Notes under the pieces: generated by a model | Databases searched by the model: none | Seen by the model: the letters and a program-made list of their open reading frames with translations, nothing else | What the model was told of the DNA's origin: nothing | Position numbers and translations under genes: made by a program | IMG/VR virus record: IMGVR_UViG_3300026549_000030 | Coordinates: 96,001 to 160,000 of that record | Source: a virus | Taxonomy: Duplodnaviria > Caudoviricetes | Length of the DNA stretch: 64,000 nucleotides | Direction: 5' to 3' (one strand) | Shown here: piece by piece, positions 29,309 to 39,858 of the stretch | Numbering within the stretch: position 1 is the stretch's first letter | How the letters are laid out: each line of letters starts with the position of its first letter

Positions 29309-29719
29309 ATGGCAAAGCAAAGCAGACTCGACTTAGAGGGACAGGAATATAGGAAAAATGAAATTCCTGGTAAGAATAGATATGATTCTTTAACCAATCC
29401 CTACGACGCGAACCACGAAGATGCTAAGGCACACGACGACAGCCCTTGGGGTAAGGGTACAGGTAAGTCAATGACATATGCAGTCCGCGATTTAACGGCT
29501 CCTAAGTCAAAGATTAACTACAGCACCCTCGACACAAGCGAGCAGGCTGGCGGTATGTACGACAAATACGGCGCAAAGGGCGTTAAGGGTGCATTCCAAG
29601 GCGACGCCGGTAGAGAGTGGGGTAAGACCATAAACATTTACAGCAAGGGTGATAAGGAATACGGCCCTAACTCCGTTGACGTTGACACCTCTGTAAAGGG
29701 ACAGTTCTTTGTAAAGTAA
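29309..29719 (+). CDS. Hypothetical protein
   Basis: 136 aa, Gly-rich. Confidence 0.75.
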   Translation: MAKQSRLDLEGQEYRKNEIPGKNRYDSLTNPYDANHEDAKAHDDSPWGKGTGKSMTYAVRDLTAPKSKINYSTLDTSEQAGGMYDKYGAKGVKGAFQGDAGREWGKTINIYSKGDKEYGPNSVDVDTSVKGQFFVK

Positions 29720-29720
29720 A

Positions 29721-30587
29721 ATGGACTACGCTCAGAGGGTTATAAGAGAATTACTCGAGGAAGAGGTTCAGCAGAACGTACTTATCAACGCAATTAAAAA
29801 GCGTCACGAGGTTTCATTCGTGTACGATAGCGGAGACGGAGATAAGCGCGGAAAGGCTGAACGTATCACCGTGCAGCCCGTTTGTTATGGATTGACAAGC
29901 GCGGGAAATCCTTGCTTCAGAGCATATCAGGTGCTCGGAAGTTCGGAAAGCGGTGAGAAGGGCGAACGCCCCGTTCCCGGGTGGAGGCTCTTCCTACTGA
30001 GCAAGGTTGTTGATAATTCTTTGAAAGACTCGGGAAAGGTATTCAACAAGCCACCCATGTACAACGAGAACGGAGACAAAACAATGTACGAGGTACTTGT
30101 GAAGGCGGACTTTGCAGGCTCGTCTAAGAGATACGAGCGAGGTGGACTCAAGAGATACAACGATGAACGCCACGCGAAAAACGTTGAAAAGAATCCGTTC
30201 TACGACTTTGAGAAGCAACTTAATAAGAAAAAGATTGCACCTGATTATGTTCTTAGAAATATCGACAGGACACAAGTCAGCAAAGCCGAAAGAGACAGGC
30301 AATGGGATTTGGCTCAAAACGCTGCGAAGGGAAACAACCCCTCAATCGCTGATATGGCGAAACAGAAGGATTTCGGAAACGATCAACAGCAGCAGACGAG
30401 CGGACCTCAAAGAAAGGGGCAAAGGAATGAAGTTCCGAAGCAATCAAACAAGCCCATTGATTATTCAAAGGCACAGCAGAACGGTCCAAGGTACAAAGGC
30501 GAAAATTTAAGAACAGATAACGAAGATAACAGTCAAGAAAATGAATATAGGCAACGCACTGGCGAAGGCACAGAGACTAATGCTTGA
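29721..30587 (+). CDS. WYL-domain protein with low-complexity C-terminus
   Basis: AIKKRHEVSFVY...ERITVQPVCYG...RAYQ...GWRLFLLSKV. Confidence 0.65.
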   Translation: MDYAQRVIRELLEEEVQQNVLINAIKKRHEVSFVYDSGDGDKRGKAERITVQPVCYGLTSAGNPCFRAYQVLGSSESGEKGERPVPGWRLFLLSKVVDNSLKDSGKVFNKPPMYNENGDKTMYEVLVKADFAGSSKRYERGGLKRYNDERHAKNVEKNPFYDFEKQLNKKKIAPDYVLRNIDRTQVSKAERDRQWDLAQNAAKGNNPSIADMAKQKDFGNDQQQQTSGPQRKGQRNEVPKQSNKPIDYSKAQQNGPRYKGENLRTDNEDNSQENEYRQRTGEGTETNA

Positions 30588-31215
30588 CGAGAATTGGAAC
30601 AGGCAGGTAGAAATCGGTGCAGCAGCACATAAAGGAAAATCAATAAACGGCGGCGGCGGTAATGACCTCGCTGCATTAGAAGCGCAGGCATTCGGACACT
30701 CAATGTCGGCACAACAACCAAGCTACTCCCCCGTAACGGAGCACACATTAATGGAAGCGCAGAGAAGGAGCCGCCCAGGAATTAATGACGGTACCCCTAT
30801 CCAAATGCTCCAAGAACAGTATCAGACTCCAAATCCGCAGAACTCAAGGCTCCCACAGAGCGTTCTTAAGTCATTCGCGGAAATGCCGCCACTTTCAGGT
30901 GATGACGGATACTCAGAGGTTCCTCAATCATATTTCGAATCTCTCAGCCTTCAGCAACCAAGGCAGCAATATGCCCCTCAGCCGCAATATCAGCAGCCAA
31001 TGCAGTACGGAAATGTTGGCGGTGTAGATTACGGCTTAATCAAGAGGCTTGTCGCGGAAGCTCTTCAAGAAAGCAGGGGCTTATTGACAGAAGGCGCAGC
31101 CGGACCAAATATTCGCGGAATGAGAATTACAGACGGAAGCGTTATTCAATTTATTGATATGAAGGGTAATCTCTATGAGGGAACATTAAAACTTAAGAAG
31201 AAAGCGCAAAAATAA
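30541..31215 (+). CDS. Hypothetical protein, Q/P-rich
   Basis: 224 aa; C-terminal IKRLVAEALQESRGLLTE. Confidence 0.75.
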   Translation: MNIGNALAKAQRLMLDENWNRQVEIGAAAHKGKSINGGGGNDLAALEAQAFGHSMSAQQPSYSPVTEHTLMEAQRRSRPGINDGTPIQMLQEQYQTPNPQNSRLPQSVLKSFAEMPPLSGDDGYSEVPQSYFESLSLQQPRQQYAPQPQYQQPMQYGNVGGVDYGLIKRLVAEALQESRGLLTEGAAGPNIRGMRITDGSVIQFIDMKGNLYEGTLKLKKKAQK

Positions 31216-31236
31216 ACTTTTAATCTACAAACTATT

Positions 31237-31268
31237 AAAACCCGCAGGTTTACCTGTTGGTTTTTTTT
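31237..31268 (+). terminator. Rho-independent terminator
   Basis: CC(C)GCAGGT-TT-ACCTGT(T)GG followed by T8. Confidence 0.6.
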
Positions 31269-31321
31269 CTTTTTTATCTTTACAAATTGCCAAAAAGATT
31301 TATTTTCAAATAAAAAAGAAG

Positions 31322-32554
31322 ATGAGTAAAATCAAAATTTTAGTTGTACCTTCTGACAATAGGGGCGGCGTCGGATTTTACCGTTCAACACAGCCGCATA
31401 TTGAGTTGGAAAAACAATTTCCTGACGAATTTGAAGTAACGATTGATATGAGCCCGAATTTCTCGGACCCTCAGTCACTTGAAAAGTATGATATAATTCA
31501 TATTCATAAAGGACTGTTTCCTGAGAATTTAATGCCCACATTCCATCAGACATTGGAATACCTCAACAGCAAGGGTGTGGTAACAATTATGGATATTGAC
31601 GACCATTGGAGCCTCAGTATGTACCACCCTATGTTCGCAGGACAGAGATATACGAAGTCTGACGTTGCGGTAAGAGATAACCTTCACCGTTTCTCGTGGG
31701 TTACGACCACCACGCCAATCTTCGCAAAGGAAATTTCAAAGTTCAATAAGAACGTAATGGTTCTTCCTAACGCGATTGATCCTACTGACAGCAGATTCGC
31801 TGTTAACAAGAATCCTTCAAAACTTCTTCGCGTTGGATTGGTTATGGGTTCCGCTCACGAACACGACGTTGCGTTATTGAACAATCTCCCAAGGCGCAAA
31901 GACGTTCAATATGTTCTCTGCGGTTACGACCTTCGCGGAACGATTCGTGAATTTGACAGGGCTACGGGAAAATCAGTAGAGCGTCCTATTAAACCTGAGG
32001 AAAGCGTTTGGTATCGTTACGAGAAACAAGTTACAGGAAACTATGCGATTGTAAGCCCCGAATATAAGGCTTTCCTTGAAAAGTTCCTGTGGGGTGTTCA
32101 GTATCCAAACGTAGAAAACGAGAATTACAAGCGTTGCTGGACTAAGGATATGAACCATTACTACGAGCACTTCTCAGAAATCGACGTGCTTCTCGCTCCG
32201 CTTAAGGAGACAGAGTTCAACAGGGTTAAGTCTCAGTTAAAGGTTGTGGAAGCGGCGTTCTCACACACAGCAATCATTGCCTCAGAGTTCGGCCCTTACA
32301 CGATTGACTTAAAGACAGCGATTGAGAAGGGTAATATCCTTAATCCTGATGGAAATGCACTCCTTGTAAGCGAGTCGAGAAACCATAAGGATTGGGCGAA
32401 GTATATCAACCGCCTTGCTGACGACCCGGCACTCTTGAAACAACTTCAAGACAATCTTTATCGCGACATTCACGAAAAGTACGATTTAAGAAACGTAACC
32501 AAGGAACGCGCTCAGTTCTACAAAGATATTGTGAAGAAAAATAAAGAAGAGTAA
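31322..32554 (+). CDS. Glycosyltransferase (GT-B, GT4-like)
   Basis: GVGFYRS, DIDDHW, VLPNAID, DVLLAPL...FNRVKSQLKVVEA. Confidence 0.85.
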   Translation: MSKIKILVVPSDNRGGVGFYRSTQPHIELEKQFPDEFEVTIDMSPNFSDPQSLEKYDIIHIHKGLFPENLMPTFHQTLEYLNSKGVVTIMDIDDHWSLSMYHPMFAGQRYTKSDVAVRDNLHRFSWVTTTTPIFAKEISKFNKNVMVLPNAIDPTDSRFAVNKNPSKLLRVGLVMGSAHEHDVALLNNLPRRKDVQYVLCGYDLRGTIREFDRATGKSVERPIKPEESVWYRYEKQVTGNYAIVSPEYKAFLEKFLWGVQYPNVENENYKRCWTKDMNHYYEHFSEIDVLLAPLKETEFNRVKSQLKVVEAAFSHTAIIASEFGPYTIDLKTAIEKGNILNPDGNALLVSESRNHKDWAKYINRLADDPALLKQLQDNLYRDIHEKYDLRNVTKERAQFYKDIVKKNKEE

Positions 32555-32566
32555 AGTAGAATAAAA

Positions 32567-33181
32567 ATGAATAAAATCTGTATTACACTTGATGACGTTT
32601 TACGCGCAAAGACACAACAGTTCGGAAAAATCTATAAGAGGGCAATCGACCCTGAAATCAACCTTGATGAATTGGATTTGAGCACGAACAATCTTGCGAC
32701 TATTTTCAATATGAAAGCGAAGGAATATAACAAATTCCTCTATGAAGATTACGCTTTCGAAATTTTTGCAGAAGCGCCGGCAGCACAGAAAATGCTCGAC
32801 AAGAATCTTAACCTGTGGCACATTCGCCTTAACAACGACAGGGAAGACGAAGATAAGGTTGAACTTATGCTTGCCAACGCGAAGGAGTTCAACGCCTCAA
32901 TTGGGTTTACCTACTTCTTCCTTTCGCAAATGGGAACAAGAATTCGTGAGACGTACTTCCCAACAGACTCTCTTACTATTTGGAATAAGTGCGATGTACT
33001 CGTAACAGCGGATCCGCTTCTCCTTCAAAATAAGCCCGAGGGTAAGATTTCAGTTAAGATTGAAATGCCTTACAATGAGAACTGCCAAGCCGACTATACA
33101 TACGAGACTCTAAGCGCTCTTATCGGAGACGAAGAATTCTTAGACAAGGTTTGCCCTAAGGGAAAGAAAAATGAGAAATAA
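32567..33181 (+). CDS. HAD-like 5'(3')-nucleotidase-family protein (first catalytic Asp not conserved)
   Basis: ICITLDDVLR, CDVLVTADP, KIEMPYN. Confidence 0.5.
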   Translation: MNKICITLDDVLRAKTQQFGKIYKRAIDPEINLDELDLSTNNLATIFNMKAKEYNKFLYEDYAFEIFAEAPAAQKMLDKNLNLWHIRLNNDREDEDKVELMLANAKEFNASIGFTYFFLSQMGTRIRETYFPTDSLTIWNKCDVLVTADPLLLQNKPEGKISVKIEMPYNENCQADYTYETLSALIGDEEFLDKVCPKGKKNEK

Positions 33182-33522
33182 TGAAGAAAACTAACAACAA
33201 TTTACTTTATATCGACGGAAAGGCGTACTACCTCAATATTGACAAGATTGAAGCGTTCATAAACTATTCCGACAAGGTTACGTCTAAGGAAACCGAAATA
33301 CTCGATTCTTATGACAATGGAACAGCCGTTTCAAAGACAATCAGGGAATTGACAACTCCCGGTAATCAGCAGATTGACAGTATCAGGTACGATTTAATCA
33401 AGACGTTCATTATTCAGATTATCACGTTTGATAATGAAATCAATGATTTGAACAACCTGACGTTCGGAATGAAACTCGCGGTAAATACAATGATAAATTT
33501 TGGCTTCTTGGAAGAGGCTTAA
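33181..33522 (+). CDS. Hypothetical protein
   Basis: 113 aa, operonic. Confidence 0.75.
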   Translation: MKKTNNNLLYIDGKAYYLNIDKIEAFINYSDKVTSKETEILDSYDNGTAVSKTIRELTTPGNQQIDSIRYDLIKTFIIQIITFDNEINDLNNLTFGMKLAVNTMINFGFLEEA

Positions 33523-33541
33523 TTAATAAAAAGGAAATATA

Positions 33542-34660
33542 ATGGCAAAGAAAGAATTGAATGTTGTCGAAATTCTCAATAAGGAAATTGAGAAATTAGA
33601 AACGAAGAAAAACAAGGTATATTTTTACGTTGTGGATTCGAAGGCTTCCCCTGTTGGATTGCTTTCATATGAGTACGACATTGCCCTTCAACTCAAGAAG
33701 CTCGGATATAACGTCGCAATGCTTCATAACGAGAAGGAATTTGTCGGCGTAGCCGATTGGCTCGGAAAGGAATATGCTGAACTCAAGCATTATCAGATTG
33801 AAAAGGATAACGTGCTTATGGCGCCGTCTGATATCCTGATTATCCCTGAGGTTTGCGCTGGTGTTATGGCTCAGACGAAGGGGCTTAGCTGCAGAAGGAT
33901 TGCCCTTCTCCACAGCCTTGCATTCCTTACCGATTCCGTTACACTCGGAACTGGTTGGGCTGACTTGCGTATCAACGAGTGCATTGTTTCAACGCCTCTT
34001 CTTGAAAGAAAAGTTAAGGAATACTTCCCATTCGTAAAGACACACGTAATCCGCCCTTCAATCCCTGATTTCTTCTTCGAGGCTCCAAAGGCGCCGAAGC
34101 AACTTGTAATCAACGTAATTGTGAAGGATACAACTGACATTAACAGGATTTTGAAACCATTCTATTGGAAATATCCTGCATATGCTTGGGTTGCATTCCG
34201 CCCTATTAACAGAAACTTGACAAGAGAGGCGTTCGCGGACGCGCTTAAGGAAAGCTTCGCTACTATTTGGGTTGACGATTTCACTGATTTCGGATATTCC
34301 GCAGTAGAAGCTCTCGCCTGCAAAAACGTGATTGTCGGCAAGGTTCCCGAGAATGCCCCTGAGTGGATTGTTGATGGGAACGGAAAGCTCTCCGATACTG
34401 GCTTATGGTTCTACAACTCATATGACGCGTCTGACGCTATCGCTTCCGTTATCCAAAGCTTTATTACGAACAATATTCCACAGGAAGTGTTCGACGAAGG
34501 AGAAAAGGTTGTTAAGAATTATACAACTGAACTTCAGAAGATTGACATTCAGGAAGAATTCGAGAAGAAAATCATTCCTAACAAGATTAGCGAGTTGAGA
34601 CTTGCCATTGCCGTTCAACAGAAGGACGAAGAAAATAATAAGAAGAAAGACAACGAATAA
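33542..34660 (+). CDS. Glycosyltransferase (GT-B-like)
   Basis: DILIIPE, TDFGYSAVEALAC. Confidence 0.75.
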   Translation: MAKKELNVVEILNKEIEKLETKKNKVYFYVVDSKASPVGLLSYEYDIALQLKKLGYNVAMLHNEKEFVGVADWLGKEYAELKHYQIEKDNVLMAPSDILIIPEVCAGVMAQTKGLSCRRIALLHSLAFLTDSVTLGTGWADLRINECIVSTPLLERKVKEYFPFVKTHVIRPSIPDFFFEAPKAPKQLVINVIVKDTTDINRILKPFYWKYPAYAWVAFRPINRNLTREAFADALKESFATIWVDDFTDFGYSAVEALACKNVIVGKVPENAPEWIVDGNGKLSDTGLWFYNSYDASDAIASVIQSFITNNIPQEVFDEGEKVVKNYTTELQKIDIQEEFEKKIIPNKISELRLAIAVQQKDEENNKKKDNE

Positions 34661-34662
34661 AA

Positions 34663-35490
34663 ATGGAGAAAGTTACATATATTGTTCCTATTCACGAATT
34701 TAAGGAAGAAACAAAAACGTTGTTAGCCCGTGCGCTTGACAGCCTTGAAAACGTGGTCACAGACGTAGACGACGAGCTCGTTTTCGTTGGACCGCTCGAT
34801 ATTATCAAGGAAGTATTCGTATGGTACGGAGAAAAGAACGATAACTCAAGGTTCAAGGAAATCGGGCTTGTCCCGAATGAGGAGCCAAACTTCTTCCGTC
34901 AGATTAACGAGGCTGTGAAGAAATGCACGACAAAGTATTTCTCCATTCTCGAATTCGACGACGCATATCAGCCATATTGGAATCAGCTTGTTCAGGAGTA
35001 CGCCGATGCAACCAACGCTTCCGTTGTAATGCCTATCAACGAATTCCTCGAGAACGGAGAGTTCTCCTCTATCGGAAATGAGATTGTGTGGAGTTCTACG
35101 TTCGCTCAGGACGAGAATGAGAAGATTGGCTATGTAAGTAGCGAGTGCCTGAATACGTTTATGGATTTCAACGTAACAGGCGCATTAATCAATACCGAGG
35201 ACTTCAAGGAAATCGGTGGATTGAAACCGTCTCTTAAGATTGCTGCTTGGTACGAGTTCCTACTTCGTGCAATTTACAACTCAAAGGTTGTATATGTTGC
35301 ACCTAAGATTGGCTATGAGCATACAATCGGCAGGAAGGGTAGCTTCTCGGAGAAAGCATACGAAGAGATACCGCAGGAGGAAGGACAATGGCTTATCAAG
35401 ACAGCAAAGCAGGAGTACTTCTTCACGAACGACAGGAACAGAACATTCGGAGACGACATTGAGGACGTTCCCGAGGAGACTAAGGAATAG
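34663..35490 (+). CDS. Glycosyltransferase family 2-like
   Basis: TYIVPIHE, YFSILEFDD, FKEIGGL, YEFLLR. Confidence 0.8.
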   Translation: MEKVTYIVPIHEFKEETKTLLARALDSLENVVTDVDDELVFVGPLDIIKEVFVWYGEKNDNSRFKEIGLVPNEEPNFFRQINEAVKKCTTKYFSILEFDDAYQPYWNQLVQEYADATNASVVMPINEFLENGEFSSIGNEIVWSSTFAQDENEKIGYVSSECLNTFMDFNVTGALINTEDFKEIGGLKPSLKIAAWYEFLLRAIYNSKVVYVAPKIGYEHTIGRKGSFSEKAYEEIPQEEGQWLIKTAKQEYFFTNDRNRTFGDDIEDVPEETKE

Positions 35491-35642
35491 GCGGCGCGGG
35501 CTTATGCCCGCTCCGCTAATATATTATAATATCAAAGGAATAAGGCGCCGCTCGGCGTAAAAATAAAAAGTAAGTACAATGTCATTTTGTAAATAGTTGA
35601 TATATAATATTATGAATAATATTGATAGAAACTATTGGTATA

Positions 35643-36356
35643 ATGGCCAAAAGAGGAAGAAAACCATCCGATAAGCCAAAAGGTTATTTCTACGAGCAGC
35701 AAGAACAAGCTGTTCTGGATTACCTGAAGGCACAAACAGCAGAAGAAAAAAACAGAATATATTGCGAGGTATTAAAGCCAGCCTTCGAAAAAATGGTAGA
35801 GTCCATTATTCGAAGGTATAAGCTGTATATACCAAATGAGGAATTTGACGACACATTCAATGATACACTGTCGTTCCTGTTGACGAAGGCTGATAAGTTC
35901 AGACCCGGTAAGTTCAAGGCATATTCATACTATGGTACAATCTGTAAGAACTATCTAATCGGAAGAATAGAAAGTCAGGCTACCGCACTTCAAAGGAGCC
36001 CGTCATACGACCCAGTTATGGAGAAATTTGACAACAACATTAAATTTTCAGAACCACAAAATGACGGCGTTGCGGGGGAGACGGTAAAAAGGCTTGTCGC
36101 TGAAATTAAAGAAATGGTTGGCGAGCCCTCAAAATATGACTTAAAGGAGAATGAAGTAAAATTAGGCAACGCCCTCGTTACGCTTTTCGAGAATTGGGAA
36201 TATGTTTTAACAACGGAAGGAAGTAATAAATTGAATAAGAACGCCGTTCTTCTTTTCCTTCGTGAAAGGACAGGATTGGATACGAAAGGAATCCGCGACA
36301 ATATGCGTAAATTCAAGAAATTATTCCTTATTATCAAGGACGCAGTAATCAGCTAA
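35643..36356 (+). CDS. Phage late-transcription sigma factor (gp55-like)
   Basis: YFYEQQEQAV...FEKMVESIIRRY...KFRPGKFKAYSYYGTICKNYL, resembling sigma region 2. Confidence 0.7.
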   Translation: MAKRGRKPSDKPKGYFYEQQEQAVLDYLKAQTAEEKNRIYCEVLKPAFEKMVESIIRRYKLYIPNEEFDDTFNDTLSFLLTKADKFRPGKFKAYSYYGTICKNYLIGRIESQATALQRSPSYDPVMEKFDNNIKFSEPQNDGVAGETVKRLVAEIKEMVGEPSKYDLKENEVKLGNALVTLFENWEYVLTTEGSNKLNKNAVLLFLRERTGLDTKGIRDNMRKFKKLFLIIKDAVIS

Positions 36357-36382
36357 AAATCACAACCAAACTATTTATAGGT

Positions 36383-36790
36383 ATGGAAGGAAAATCATTA
36401 AAGAAATTTAAGGTAAAGCTCAATAATAACGATAAAATTGAGGAGCTTTTACAGGAAACATACGACTTGGCTTGCCAACAATACAAGGCGATTCAGGAAG
36501 AGATAAATAAAATGGCGAACAGCACAACCATTAAGGACTTGGACATTGATGGAAAGGAGAAATATGGTAAGATTATGAACAACTATATCACACTCCAACA
36601 AAAATCAATTGGACAAAAGTTCGACATTGCAAAACTTCTCGCTGAGGTTGTTAAGCACGGCGGCGACGTTAAGGGCGCAATTGATTCAGTCAACAAAATG
36701 CCGACGTCAATTGATTTGGATAAACTCAGAAAACTTGCAATCGACGCTTCAACGTCAGGCGGAAAAGAGGAATATACAGTTAATAAGTAA
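36383..36790 (+). CDS. Hypothetical protein
   Basis: 135 aa; TATTTAT at 36372. Confidence 0.75.
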   Translation: MEGKSLKKFKVKLNNNDKIEELLQETYDLACQQYKAIQEEINKMANSTTIKDLDIDGKEKYGKIMNNYITLQQKSIGQKFDIAKLLAEVVKHGGDVKGAIDSVNKMPTSIDLDKLRKLAIDASTSGGKEEYTVNK

Positions 36791-36792
36791 CA

Positions 36793-38556
36793 ATGTCAAA
36801 ACTGTCGACAAAGAAAGAGAATGTTAAAGGTACAATAGCTGCGCTCCAAACTGTATTGGAGCGCTATCCTGTATTGTTGACAACACAGAACGGTAACGAA
36901 AAAACGTCCCTCGAGTTCATGCTCAATATCCTTAAGATAATGGGACTTACTCAGGAAGACGTTCTCGATTGGCTTTCAGGAATACTTGCCGACACAAAGG
37001 ACGGTTCAGCCGGACTTCTTTCTGTTATTGAACTTGCGGTTAAGACGGCAATACTTATGTCGTTCAAGGAGACATATACTTGCTCGATTAATCCCACACT
37101 TCCCGACGATGTTATGTACTCCCTATATGATATCACGCAGGAAAGTCAGCCGATAAGAGGAAACGGAATTGAGATTGAACTTGATAAGATTGATCCATTC
37201 GGAATGTTGAATTTCTGTCCTGTTAATAAGGAAGAATCAATATTTTATTTTGATAATATCATAGATTACGGAACAACAACCTATAAACCAAGGACAATAT
37301 ATAAGTCCGTTGACTTCAATGCCTATCTTTGGTATATTATCAATTACAGCAATTTCAGAACTGACGAGCAAAGGCATAAGTGCATATGGGATAACAGAAA
37401 TACTTACTATAAGCAATTCTTACAACCCGGCGGGGATGAGATAAAGAGACAGTTCTTCAATAAGCAGAATTTGAATCAGGCTACAAGTATCATTCGCGGA
37501 ATCGGAACCAAGAAAGAGTTCTTTGCCTGCACACCAAGCGAAAGCTATTCAACAACAGAAAACAACCATCCGGCAAGCATAAAGGTTTATCTTAATGCGG
37601 ACAGGTACTACCATACTTCAATCATAGGCAGAAAGAACAAGACGATTTTCGAATTCAATGCCGATTACATTTACAGTATGCGCCTATTCGACGCAAAATC
37701 ACTTATCGCCCAAATTGTAAATGCTGTTATTGGCATAGCCGATTCTACAAAAATCGGAATATCAGTTGAAAGAAAAGCACTTACAAATAAGATAAGAAGT
37801 ATTGTAAACAGAATAATTGAAACTGAGGATAGTGAGATAATCGACAATGACTGCTTCTATACGTTCACAAATGAAGAATATCAGGAGTTACTCGACGCCG
37901 CTCAGCTTCAATATGACGGGCTCTATCAAAGTGGAAATGAAAATGGCGACTTTATTCAGATAGACACCGCTTACACCGCCGAACAAATCTATAAGATAGA
38001 ATCAGCAGAAAATCTTGAAGAAAGGAAGACGGCGGTAAAGAATACGTTCCTTAAAGTTTCAAATAGCGTTGCTTCAACAGACGAAACACCAGACGAGGAT
38101 AAATATTCATTCAAACTCAGTATTGTAAATAAGTTCATTAATGAAGTTATCACTCAGGTTGCCGTCCAAGCTCTTTCGCCGAAAGTTATGCTTCTCTATG
38201 CTATAAATGAGAAAGTAATGAATCCGAACGAAGAAGGAGAAAAACCGGATTCAATCGTTTCGTTTATGCAAAATTTTCAGAATCTGATTGTCTCGATAAT
38301 CAGGAAAATCAACGAAATTATACTGCAGCAACTATACGATTATCTTATGGGGCAATTGAAACCGTTGATAACGCTATTCATTCAAAAGTTACTCCTTGAA
38401 ACAATTATGTACTACAAGATTCTGTTGGAGGCGCTTATGAATGAATGTAGATTGAGCGGTTGGGGAAGGAACAATCAAAATTTGGAACTCGATAATGTTG
38501 TCGGCGCAGATATAGTACCCGTACTTAATCACCCAGAGGAGGGGTGCAGAACATGA
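36793..38556 (+). CDS. Hypothetical (probable structural) protein
   Basis: 587 aa in the late operon with the gp5-like gene. Confidence 0.75.
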   Translation: MSKLSTKKENVKGTIAALQTVLERYPVLLTTQNGNEKTSLEFMLNILKIMGLTQEDVLDWLSGILADTKDGSAGLLSVIELAVKTAILMSFKETYTCSINPTLPDDVMYSLYDITQESQPIRGNGIEIELDKIDPFGMLNFCPVNKEESIFYFDNIIDYGTTTYKPRTIYKSVDFNAYLWYIINYSNFRTDEQRHKCIWDNRNTYYKQFLQPGGDEIKRQFFNKQNLNQATSIIRGIGTKKEFFACTPSESYSTTENNHPASIKVYLNADRYYHTSIIGRKNKTIFEFNADYIYSMRLFDAKSLIAQIVNAVIGIADSTKIGISVERKALTNKIRSIVNRIIETEDSEIIDNDCFYTFTNEEYQELLDAAQLQYDGLYQSGNENGDFIQIDTAYTAEQIYKIESAENLEERKTAVKNTFLKVSNSVASTDETPDEDKYSFKLSIVNKFINEVITQVAVQALSPKVMLLYAINEKVMNPNEEGEKPDSIVSFMQNFQNLIVSIIRKINEIILQQLYDYLMGQLKPLITLFIQKLLLETIMYYKILLEALMNECRLSGWGRNNQNLELDNVVGADIVPVLNHPEEGCRT

Positions 38557-38945
38557 CAATACAAAGCATTTGCGATTCAATAACAAAATTGATAAACACG
38601 GCGAGAACGCCCCTTAATACCATACCGGCAGCAATACTTGTTTGTAGTGCCATAAATAGGCCTGGTCTATCCCCTATGCTTATTGCTTCAAATATAATCA
38701 GAAGGCAATCAGAGGCGGGCGCCCCATTTGGTGCCGCCGCAGACGGAAGTGCCAACATTGCCGAGGCAATGGAAAGAATACGCGTAGAGGAAATGGTTAA
38801 AGCACTCAAAATGGATGCGAAGGTTCAAGTTGGAATCCCTATTGGCGGAATACAGTTTACGGGAACGGGCGCAAACGCCGGTGGTCCTGTCATTGTAAAA
38901 GGGTTCAACATTAATAATGCACATGGAATAGGAATTATCGGATAA
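38553..38945 (+). CDS. Hypothetical baseplate-region protein
   Basis: ATGA overlap; Gly-rich C-terminus. Confidence 0.7.
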   Translation: MTIQSICDSITKLINTARTPLNTIPAAILVCSAINRPGLSPMLIASNIIRRQSEAGAPFGAAADGSANIAEAMERIRVEEMVKALKMDAKVQVGIPIGGIQFTGTGANAGGPVIVKGFNINNAHGIGIIG

Positions 38946-39832
38946 TGGACGGATTATTTACAAAAGACGCCGCACTTTATCTCGGGCGCGTAATAAGTAA
39001 CGACGATAATGTAGGCGGAAATAGGATTAAAGCCACAATATACCCTGCGGATAAAAGAAAAACCGCGAGGGAAATCCCATATGCCTTCCCTCTTATTCCG
39101 AAAATGGTTCACATTGTCCCAAAGGTAGGAGAAATGGTAATAATCATATGCGACGATATGAACAATCCAAACTCGCAAAGATATTACCTTGGACCAATCA
39201 TTTCACAACCACAATTTCTTTTCCATGAAGGCAGCATAAGCGCAACGTCCTTATTGAAGGGCGGCGTAATGCCTGAGCTTCCCTCTCCTGCCTCATACGC
39301 TTCAATGCATGGGGCATTTCCGAAGGTTGACGAGATTGCAATCCTTGGAAGAAAGAATAGTGATATCATACTTTCAGACAACGATTTAAGAATCCGTTGC
39401 GGTGTAAGACTCGTAGACGAGAATAACAATAAGAATATAATTTTCAATAAAGAATCTCCCTCATACATTAAGCTTAAACATTATCCCGTAAGGCTACAAG
39501 AGGGTGCGGAAAGCACAGCAACGATTGTTGCAGACAAGATTAACCTCATAAGCAATGTAGGAGAGCCATACTTTAACGTAGTTGATACTAATGAAGGAAT
39601 ATCCGACGAGGAAATGAGAGAGATAATAGAGAAGGCGCATAGGCTCCCATATGGAGACGTGCTCGTGAATTTCCTTTCACTGTTGCTGAAAATGTTCAAG
39701 AGCCACACGCATAAATATCATAACATGCCGCCTTGCCCAGATACAAATTCAAGCATTTTCGACGCAAAATACAGTAGTGACGAAAACAATCTACAGCAGC
39801 AACTTCTCAGTGATAACGTTAGAATAAACTAA
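38945..39832 (+). CDS. Baseplate central spike, gp5/gpV-like (OB-fold, HxH tip)
   Basis: GRVISNDD...RIKA...AFPLIP...VPKVGEMV...RYYLG; C-terminal HTHKYH. Confidence 0.7.
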   Translation: MDGLFTKDAALYLGRVISNDDNVGGNRIKATIYPADKRKTAREIPYAFPLIPKMVHIVPKVGEMVIIICDDMNNPNSQRYYLGPIISQPQFLFHEGSISATSLLKGGVMPELPSPASYASMHGAFPKVDEIAILGRKNSDIILSDNDLRIRCGVRLVDENNNKNIIFNKESPSYIKLKHYPVRLQEGAESTATIVADKINLISNVGEPYFNVVDTNEGISDEEMREIIEKAHRLPYGDVLVNFLSLLLKMFKSHTHKYHNMPPCPDTNSSIFDAKYSSDENNLQQQLLSDNVRIN

Positions 39833-39858
39833 AAAACCGCGCAAAAGCGCGGCTTTTT
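39832..39858. terminator. Bidirectional terminator
   Basis: AAAAAACCGCGC-AAAA-GCGCGGCTTTTT. Confidence 0.75.

Noticed and set aside
35491-35560. GC-rich hairpins before the sigma gene as a riboswitch or tRNA
   Set aside because: No cloverleaf or known aptamer is recognisable; at most a terminator-like hairpin without a clear U tract.
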